Assembly (NCBI GenBank): GCA_965204375.1
Contig: OZ241986.1
Location: 2,688,001 to 2,752,000, forward strand
Source: Candidatus Latescibacterota bacterium
Lineage (GTDB): Bacteria; Latescibacterota; UBA2968
Direction: 5' to 3'
DNA: 64,000 nt
The notes beneath the pieces are model-generated. The model saw only the letters and a program-made list of their open reading frames with translations, had not been told where the DNA came from and searched no databases. The translations under genes and the position numbers were made by a program. Positions 22,601 to 28,963 of this stretch are shown piece by piece. The first letter of the stretch is position 1. Every line of letters starts with the position of its first letter.

Positions 22601-23779
22601 GATATTCCTAAAGTACTTGATGAAAAAACGGGACACCCATTGACAGAGTTTTCGACACTCCTGTTTAATAATATTCGCAGTGAGGTCAGGAAAGCGTATA
22701 CAGCTATCTCTGATCAAGTTTCCGCTTTACAGAATGAAGTCAAGAACACACTAAACGGAAAGTTACAAAAATACTACATGGAGGGTAGAAGTTCTGAAAC
22801 AGCAATTGACGTTGCGGCACAACTTCGGGACTTCTGCGGCGTGATTGATACAAAAATCGGTGTACTGCGGACTTCTCAAAAAAAGGCTGAACAACTTTAC
22901 ACATTTTTTGAGAAATGGCGCACGCTTGCCAGACAGATAGAAAATGATCGGCAAATGATGCACGATGCAAACTCCAACGATGCTATCAACAATCTTATTG
23001 GCCGGTTAGATACAGAACAGCAACAAATCAAAAAACATCTCGCTAATCGGACATTGAGTCTGAGCCAAGTCCTTGAAAATCATGAACACTTCGCCAAACG
23101 ATTCTTAGAAATCAAGGATGAATACGATCAGATTACTGCTAACCGGAGGGATGAATTTATCAAATTCCAAGCTGAAATTGAAAAGGAACTCAATGAATTG
23201 CTTGAAAAGCCTCATATCGGAGAACCCTACAATCCGTTAGACGAAGATGGATCCTACCGCCGAGTCCAGGAAAAAGTAGTTGAAAGAATTCAAGAATTCA
23301 GTGAAAAGGCAGTTAAGAGTGTTCAAGCCATCATGAGCGATCTGATGAAACCAATCGAAGTTTTCGAAGTCAAGCCCAAGGTCAAAAATGATGCTATGGC
23401 TTTGCAAGAGAAGCTCTCAGCATTAGAAATTCGGATCAGTCATATTGATCGGAAACTAAAACCTAATGGTATTGAGGATCAATTGTCCGAGTTAGTTCAA
23501 TCTTTGCTTAAAATGAGAGAAGAAGGTACAGAGTTGGTGCAGCAATGGGAAGATATTCAAGGTCAGTTAAGATGTGACAAGAGTGAGTTAAGTCCCAAGG
23601 CAAGAGCACTGTTGGACCTGATTGAAATGGATACAGACAAAGATTTCACAGAACTTATTATTGATCTCAGGCAGTCTGGAAATGAAATGTTTGGTTCGAC
23701 TTCAGAGATTATCGAGAGTCTGGAAGAATTATATCAATACAATTGGCTGAACATCAAAATCTCACGCACAACTGCATAA
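19694..23779 (+). CDS. Large P-loop ATPase with long C-terminal coiled coil (BrxC/PglY-like)
   Basis: Walker A ADTGYGKT, Walker B LLILPDEFE, long heptad-rich helical C-terminal part; 1361 aa; GAGGA RBS. Confidence 0.75.
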   Translation: MALEEIRQKRTVIDTPRASDLAARPDEWENRFQFHVSTHVTLADMTDKWDAILKNLLQGRSATGLIHADTGYGKTSTAAALWHYAEKRDVVTVPPFAWNSIADMLIATHGWVCHRLKVTRPDLISDLDQEYKTLIASSNEDRALRISQEEEVPLDYARKSVQSLKARGDLTDEVSANRLIDYLLKATSTVLEADYKGLLILPDEFELFANTNPDIAKNFSELKDFIFSLYQEENLPVGCVVLTYRRTFSTIQNREPHIVARFNQPPGSSTDLEQEYGKIENGKSFAHELWEKLSITCDLSNEEQNAIDPDVLFALGQFLGHQRTTQLISGPRSVVATLQRAAIHYTETQQPYSIFDFCKDYISQGIICFNNQEIDAVKAYTSIMSQPIIDGNEARQQVVKLLCICPDGVPEALFKKHNISDKDRAAVVNKLLGTHVIRKIIGPTLTHYKDDLQAGDALIELLKVLRDQYNPASPETHRAAVRSFANFILPEIFTQTVGASFTGWGGLKKMEGDIEPIFQAALSGSSLRDYPDRTLTVHVGTEEFQEISGAYRESQLFTSFILNTQQDKHIPNTCDIHADKVCFHLNISEAIDKLEIPKDIGKLGDLFLPESVTPSLLLSMLDFFAQETTLAQIKELKQDAQVQLLETQIRNQLIGYFFSAEVKKSAVSQQADLAQVPAGKNFVERALGVLIRKKFKSYRAIAISHQWKKNLGIYMQVLRDAENLGVRRGEEPVEMIGRDVPRLFNVGQHTTFSNTFYPDGILRDLLLVNELDVNGKTVAEGVEVKNNQGSVAVYLKLHDMEKRILKRLEKSEESIVVDGKSTEAIKCHEIFQQEAKFGYLNDEIEELIKVLTARGLVDQKQQQGRDYLYCVETEINFAELQSKFQRLEEIEALAKSNGFTPEREGNNSLSSVGADLQTTGIEFDEVRKDSLRQKLNSIEHAFTTQCARWLDTEKQRANQKRHEIEPLRLDIPKVLDEKTGHPLTEFSTLLFNNIRSEVRKAYTAISDQVSALQNEVKNTLNGKLQKYYMEGRSSETAIDVAAQLRDFCGVIDTKIGVLRTSQKKAEQLYTFFEKWRTLARQIENDRQMMHDANSNDAINNLIGRLDTEQQQIKKHLANRTLSLSQVLENHEHFAKRFLEIKDEYDQITANRRDEFIKFQAEIEKELNELLEKPHIGEPYNPLDEDGSYRRVQEKVVERIQEFSEKAVKSVQAIMSDLMKPIEVFEVKPKVKNDAMALQEKLSALEIRISHIDRKLKPNGIEDQLSELVQSLLKMREEGTELVQQWEDIQGQLRCDKSELSPKARALLDLIEMDTDKDFTELIIDLRQSGNEMFGSTSEIIESLEELYQYNWLNIKISRTTA

Positions 23780-23792
23780 AGCGAGGAGTAAA

Positions 23793-24923
23793 TTGGATAG
23801 GTTGTTCAAATCTCTAAAGAAAATTCCGTGCCTGACAAATCTACCAAAGGAGACGCGAGGACTATGGGAGATGTGCTTGGCTGATATTTGGTGTCCCAGT
23901 TCGCTAGCAGAATGGCGCGAGACTGTTGATGCTCCCTGGGAAGTTCCTGCAAAAGAAGTGCTCTTTGTGAATTTCCCAGAAGCTGAAAGCAAAGAATTGA
24001 CGGACACTTTTGGTTTTCCCAAAATTGACCTTCCTCCGTTACCTCTAATCGAATACGTAAACCAGAAATTACCCGAGCATTTCAACACCTTATGCACAGA
24101 CGACTCGAAACTCTTAAAACAATCACAACTCGTCCAGACAGTTACAGAACGCGTATCATATACGCTTCCCGACATTGTGGTTTTTCTGGTGCTTGATGGG
24201 CTGTCGTTGTACGATGTGGCAGATTGGGCATTCCCAAAATCTTGGCACATGATGTGTGAACCTTGTCTTGTTGATGGACTAAGCGTCACAACGAGTGGCA
24301 TGCGTCGGTTAATCGGGTCGCCACCCTTAACACATCAATTGTTTACATTAGGGTACATGCAGCGGTTAGGATTTTCATATTGGGAGCGTTCTAAAAATCA
24401 GCTTACTAACATACTCTTTTCCGAATTTCCACCGAGCCAATTGTTTCGCATCACAACCTTTGAAGAGATTTTAGATAGATTACAGAATACGGACATACCC
24501 AACCGAACGTTCATCCAAATTGTCCGCACAGGACTCGATGGGGTCTGCCACAATCACAGAGAAAAACCGAATATAGACGCAATGCTTAGTCAACTTAAAT
24601 TGGACATTGAGCAGATTGTCGAAGCGGTTGGCTCATCTCAGAAAACGGTACGGGTTTTTATAACCAGCGACCATGGGATTCTTTGGTTCACAAAACAAAA
24701 AGTGATGCCATTTCAATCGGGTAATACCTCCGCTCGTTATACTTATGCGGAATCCTCACCTGACACATCAAGAATCACCATTGCTGAATCCGGAGAGCCA
24801 GTTACAGTTTTGACAGGCGATAAAGTCATCGCCAGAAAATGTAAAGTGACGGAGTGGGGATTTCACGGTGGGATTTCTGCACAAGAATCTTTCGTGCCTT
24901 TATTCGACATCACACCCATATAG
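23793..24923 (+). CDS. PglZ-like alkaline phosphatase superfamily protein
   Basis: VFLVLDGLS, VFITSDHG and HGGISAQESFVP match the PglZ core motifs; AGGAG RBS before a TTG start. Confidence 0.82.
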   Translation: MDRLFKSLKKIPCLTNLPKETRGLWEMCLADIWCPSSLAEWRETVDAPWEVPAKEVLFVNFPEAESKELTDTFGFPKIDLPPLPLIEYVNQKLPEHFNTLCTDDSKLLKQSQLVQTVTERVSYTLPDIVVFLVLDGLSLYDVADWAFPKSWHMMCEPCLVDGLSVTTSGMRRLIGSPPLTHQLFTLGYMQRLGFSYWERSKNQLTNILFSEFPPSQLFRITTFEEILDRLQNTDIPNRTFIQIVRTGLDGVCHNHREKPNIDAMLSQLKLDIEQIVEAVGSSQKTVRVFITSDHGILWFTKQKVMPFQSGNTSARYTYAESSPDTSRITIAESGEPVTVLTGDKVIARKCKVTEWGFHGGISAQESFVPLFDITPI

Positions 24924-24935
24924 TAGGTAATTCAA

Positions 24936-26144
24936 ATGGCAGAAGTCAACTTGCGAATCGGTACAGAATACGAAAGCGACGAACTGATTTATATGAATGC
25001 GACAGGGTCACGTGCCGTTTTCATCTGCGGCAAGCGTGGATCTGGCAAAAGCTATACCATGGGAGTTATTATTGAAGAACTGTTCAACCAAGAACAGGAT
25101 GAGGCAACGATTATCATTGCCGACCCGATGGGAATTTACCACACGATGGCTCAGCCAAACGAAACGCAAGCCGATGAAGTCCGTGATGCCGGATTTCTTA
25201 CCAGTGGTTTTCCCGTTCGACTCATTGTCCCAGGCGATCCCTTGATTCGATACGGTGATGCTGCGGTGCTTGCGAAGTTACGAGAAAACGAGGTCGAAGT
25301 CGTTCCACTTGAAATTAACGCCGCTGACCTTTCTCCCGAGGCCTGGTGTGAGTTGTTCGACATTGGCATAAACGACGCAATGGGAATTGTTTTGTGGAGA
25401 GCTGTTGATACACTTCTTGAAAAAGATCAACATTTTACGATTGATGATATTCTTTCGGCAATCCAAGAAGACCGAAAGGCAAAAGATACCTCCAAAGAGG
25501 CTTTAGAAAATCGGCTAACGGTGGCTAATCGCTGGGGAATTTTCGCAAAAGAACCAACTTCGTTGAATGATTTATTTCTCTTAAATCATATTAACATCTT
25601 AGACCTTAGTGTGATTGATGCAGGTACAAAAGGACTACGTAACATGGTACTCGATGTTGTCTCCCGTCGTCTTTTTACTGAACGAACCCGAGAAAGACGT
25701 AGAGAGGAGTTTGGATTATCTACAAAACTACCGCGGGTTTGGCTGGCGATTGACGAAGCTCATCAATTTGTCCCAAAAGGACGAGCCTCGCTCTGCAAGG
25801 AAATGCTCATTCGTTGGGTGAAAGAAGGACGTCAGCCGGGACTTAGCCTCGTTGTAGCAACCCAACAGCCAGCTGCGATTGACCCTGAGCTATTATCACA
25901 ATGCGATGTCATTGTCGCACATAAAATTACAACTTGGGATGACATTAACGCACTTGACCGACTGAGTGCTACTTACATGGAAGGGGACTTAAAGAGCTAC
26001 ATTCGCGATCTGAATCGTAGGGGTGAAGCCTTGTTAGTCGATGATGAAACTGAGTCTGTTGCGACAATTCGAGTTCGCCCGCGATTTAGTTCGCATGGCG
26101 GTGCTGAAATTCAAGAGAAGACTATCCAGAAATTTTTATTTTAA
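24936..26144 (+). CDS. HerA/FtsK-family ATPase (DUF87-like)
   Basis: Motifs GKRGSGKSYT, DPMG, LAIDEAHQF and KEGRQPGLSLVVATQQP. Confidence 0.88.
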   Translation: MAEVNLRIGTEYESDELIYMNATGSRAVFICGKRGSGKSYTMGVIIEELFNQEQDEATIIIADPMGIYHTMAQPNETQADEVRDAGFLTSGFPVRLIVPGDPLIRYGDAAVLAKLRENEVEVVPLEINAADLSPEAWCELFDIGINDAMGIVLWRAVDTLLEKDQHFTIDDILSAIQEDRKAKDTSKEALENRLTVANRWGIFAKEPTSLNDLFLLNHINILDLSVIDAGTKGLRNMVLDVVSRRLFTERTRERRREEFGLSTKLPRVWLAIDEAHQFVPKGRASLCKEMLIRWVKEGRQPGLSLVVATQQPAAIDPELLSQCDVIVAHKITTWDDINALDRLSATYMEGDLKSYIRDLNRRGEALLVDDETESVATIRVRPRFSSHGGAEIQEKTIQKFLF

Positions 26145-26201
26145 CGTCTCATTTACTCCAAGCTAATCATACAATCCAAAATATTTGAAAGGAGACCAAC
26201 C

Positions 26202-26492
26202 ATGCAAACTCCAACAAAAGAATGGATACACAAGGCGGTGGATGGGCTTCCTGATCAAGAGACAGAACAACTGAAAGACTACCTCGAATTTCTAACCTGG
26301 AAAGCCAAGGAGAAGAAATCATCGTCGGAGCAAAGAAAAAAAAATCCGACTGCGCAACGCATTATCAAAGCAATGGAAAAACCGCCCTATGTCACGCATG
26401 AAGACATCGAATCACTTTTACAAGTGATCAAAGAAGCAAAGCAACCGACACATTTTGAGTCACCCTTTGAGTCGGATGAGCAAAAAGATTAA
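26202..26492 (+). CDS. Putative antitoxin
   Basis: Small ORF coupled by a TAATG overlap to the downstream PIN gene; AGGAG RBS. Confidence 0.7.
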   Translation: MQTPTKEWIHKAVDGLPDQETEQLKDYLEFLTWKAKEKKSSSEQRKKNPTAQRIIKAMEKPPYVTHEDIESLLQVIKEAKQPTHFESPFESDEQKD

Positions 26493-26911
26493 TGAGCAGA
26501 TATCTATTAGAAACCACAACTTGTAGCCGCTTGATGGAAAATGAACCCACCGTCAAGAGGCATTTGGAATCTCTGACCGATTTGGACTACTCCTTCACTA
26601 TTCCTATCGTCCACGGAGAGATACTGTATGGGATTGAACGGTTGCCAAAAGGAAAAAGAAAGCGAGATATTTCGCAGAGGGCCAATCGTCTTTTTTCCGA
26701 AATTCAATGCGACCCCATTCCAAAAGAAACGGCCACCCACTACGCAAAACTCAAACGGCAAGCCGAGGGACAGGGAACCTCCGTCGCAGAAAATGACCTC
26801 TGGATCGCTGCGACAGCTCTGGCGTTAGATGCGATTCTGGTGACTTCTGATACTGATTTTCAGAGGATTCAGGGATTGTTGGGTTTGCAGTTAGAGGATT
26901 GGACTACTTGA
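26492..26911 (+). CDS. vapC: VapC-type PIN domain toxin
   Basis: Motifs YLLETT (E in place of the usual D), GEILYG, NDLWIAATA and LVTSDTDF. Confidence 0.88.
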   Translation: MSRYLLETTTCSRLMENEPTVKRHLESLTDLDYSFTIPIVHGEILYGIERLPKGKRKRDISQRANRLFSEIQCDPIPKETATHYAKLKRQAEGQGTSVAENDLWIAATALALDAILVTSDTDFQRIQGLLGLQLEDWTT

Positions 26912-26932
26912 CGACATATTGAGGATAAAAAA

Positions 26933-28063
26933 ATGTGTTTTAGAAAACCTGGCTGGACCAGTTTTTTGCGACACCAGGGTCCCGATTTTCTCAAATGGAT
27001 TGAGAAAGAAAATATTCTATTGAGGAAATTTGATGCATTAGCGACAGCACTATATTCACTACTAAAGGCTCGTATCAATACAACCGAGGCCGCTCAGGCT
27101 GTCTGGAGAACTGTTCCAGATGTATTGGCTCGCTGTAACGAACAAGACACCTATGAAAAGCCGGGAGCATTTGATGCATACGCTTGGCTACACTTGTTAG
27201 AACGCTATGTCCGAACCTGGCTCGCTCTGGAAAAACTTGTAGAGGCGTGTTGCCTTCCATTAGCAAAGCACGGGATACGTGCTTTGGATGTGGGAACTGG
27301 CCCTGGCCCATCCGCATTTGCGGTTCACGACTTTTACAGTGCTATGACCGAATTTTCTGAACAGACAGGTAATTTGAAATGGAGACAACCCGCCAAGGTC
27401 ACTCCTGTCGATCTTAGCCATAGCACCAATGAGCTACGATATCAGCTCGAACAGTCTCTACGAAAATCGGAAAAAGTAATTATACAATACGACGTCTTGC
27501 CGAATTTTGGCAACATTATGCCAAGGCAAGAACGTGAAGCACTCAGAGAACGTTTACTTTATGAGGACGTGTACTTCGATGAAGACCATGGTGAGGAAGA
27601 ATCTTGGTACTCGGCAGATGAGATCAATCACATAGTTCAATCTTTGCATCGATACCGCCTGATTACATTTAGTAACTTTCTTACTACTGAGGATACGGTA
27701 AACAAATTCAGACCTAATCTTGACGGTATTTTTCGCGATGCCCGTACAGGCACTGTCATCCTGGTACTTGGCGGCAAAGGAAAAAAGTATCAAAAAATAT
27801 ATAAAAAGTTGGACTGCATAGCTGAACAGACAGGATTTCAACGGAAAGTTGTCGAGGAAAGAATATCTGCCAAAGACAGCGGACTCGCCGAACGAATCTA
27901 CAAAGAAGGCTGGCGATTTTACAAACACCTCCAATGCCTCGCTCCAAATGAAAACCCTAAGGCAAGGGAGACACGAAAAGTATGTCAAGAGTTTAAAAAC
28001 GGAAAACTGTGTTTCCATTCCAGTCAGCTACGCGCATACCGAAAATACCGCTATACAATGTAG
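26933..28063 (+). CDS. Putative class I SAM-dependent methyltransferase-fold protein
   Basis: RALDVGTGPGP SAM-binding motif; FSNFLT. Confidence 0.6.
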   Translation: MCFRKPGWTSFLRHQGPDFLKWIEKENILLRKFDALATALYSLLKARINTTEAAQAVWRTVPDVLARCNEQDTYEKPGAFDAYAWLHLLERYVRTWLALEKLVEACCLPLAKHGIRALDVGTGPGPSAFAVHDFYSAMTEFSEQTGNLKWRQPAKVTPVDLSHSTNELRYQLEQSLRKSEKVIIQYDVLPNFGNIMPRQEREALRERLLYEDVYFDEDHGEEESWYSADEINHIVQSLHRYRLITFSNFLTTEDTVNKFRPNLDGIFRDARTGTVILVLGGKGKKYQKIYKKLDCIAEQTGFQRKVVEERISAKDSGLAERIYKEGWRFYKHLQCLAPNENPKARETRKVCQEFKNGKLCFHSSQLRAYRKYRYTM

Positions 28064-28146
28064 TAAACACATTTTCTGGATACTCAAATATTGCGATCCA
28101 TTCTCCTCATGAGGCGATCAACTATGAAGACGAAGAAGACATTTGA
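28042..28146 (+). pseudogene. 3' fragment of a PIN-domain toxin gene
   Basis: The frame reads KIPLYNVVNTFSGYSNIAIHSPHEAINYEDEEDI*, resembling the C-terminus of PIN proteins that precede MKTKKTFDCVEMK-type ORFs. Confidence 0.55.
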
Positions 28147-28303
28147 TTGCGTTGAGATGAAACACCGTGGCGCAGAACGAATCTACAATCAAATAGCAAA
28201 CATGACACTCAAAGAACAACTAACTTTCTGGAGAGAACGTACCGAGTTGCTGCGAAAGCATCAGCAAAGGGTACAAATGAGAAGCAAGACATCTGCGAAT
28301 TAA
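28124..28303 (+). CDS. Small protein, likely orphan TA partner (MKTKKTFDCVEMKHRGAERIY...)
   Basis: Intact 59-aa ORF overlapping the PIN relic; degenerate paralog at 18945. Confidence 0.65.
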   Translation: MKTKKTFDCVEMKHRGAERIYNQIANMTLKEQLTFWRERTELLRKHQQRVQMRSKTSAN

Positions 28304-28338
28304 AAAAGCAAAGCAACCGACACAAATTAGGTGACACG

Positions 28339-28848
28339 ATGTGGCATCAATTGGGAATCATCGCGCTTGGTATCGCGCTATATGCGTGTGGCCCCGATGT
28401 TCAATTGGTAAAAGATGAACACGAAGAGTATTATGTGTATTGGGATGACGCCCACAAACGGTATTTCAGACATGGGTTATACCAGTCATTTTACGAAAGT
28501 GGTCGCCAGCGATCGGTTGGCAAATACGAACAAGACATAAAAGTAGGTATTTGGACACACTGGTATGAAAACGGGCAAAAACAGGGAGAAATGGACTGGG
28601 TAGATGGCAAGCCCGAAGGCGTAGTGACAGAATGGTACAAAAACGGACAGCAAAAAAATACGGGAACGTGGGAAAATGGTGGGCGACATGGTCTCTCGAC
28701 CTGGTGGTATGCAAACGGACAAAAGCAAAAAGAAGTGAACTACATAGAGGGAGAACCCGACGGAATCTGGACGTATTGGGATTCGACAGGTGTAATAACA
28801 AAAAAGCAGTACTGGGATCGCGGTGCATTCTTACGGGTTGACGAATAG
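28339..28848 (+). CDS. MORN-variant repeat lipoprotein (YwqK-like)
   Basis: Lipobox-like LYAC; repeated WYxNGQK/Q units. Confidence 0.8.
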   Translation: MWHQLGIIALGIALYACGPDVQLVKDEHEEYYVYWDDAHKRYFRHGLYQSFYESGRQRSVGKYEQDIKVGIWTHWYENGQKQGEMDWVDGKPEGVVTEWYKNGQQKNTGTWENGGRHGLSTWWYANGQKQKEVNYIEGEPDGIWTYWDSTGVITKKQYWDRGAFLRVDE

Positions 28849-28885
28849 ACGAATAGACGAATAGACGAATAGACGAATAGACGAA
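28840..28885 (+). repeat. Octamer tandem repeat (GACGAATA)x5 plus a partial unit
   Basis: Read directly; contains the TAG stop of the MORN gene. Confidence 0.95.
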
Positions 28886-28963
28886 CCCTACCCCACTACC
28901 CAAAATCACTATGAGCTTTGATGAACTGCTGGCGCAGTTGTATCTCGCCTGAAAGGATCAAAA

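Larger units (their letters stand above)
14016..28324 (+). mobile_element. AT-richer defence island between the FKBP gene and the MORN/polA region; no integrase seen
   Basis: Visible compositional shift right after the FKBP stop; all genes co-oriented; defence, ATPase and TA content; TA relics at the right end. Confidence 0.7.

Noticed and set aside
16403-26144. Calling the locus a canonical Dpd or canonical BREX type 1-6 system
   Set aside because: I cannot recognise dpdB/dpdC, que genes, PglX, PAPS reductase, BrxL or BrxH helicases, so it is reported as a hybrid candidate.
28339-28848. MORN/YwqK protein as the antitoxin of the island's toxins
   Set aside because: It has a lipoprotein signal and lies beyond the 19-bp boundary repeat. 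MORN-variant repeats alone do not imply TA function.
28840-28885. Possible CRISPR array at the short tandem repeats (also 46142-46181 and 48852-48899)
   Set aside because: Units are 8-12 nt and contiguous, with no unique spacers and no cas genes.
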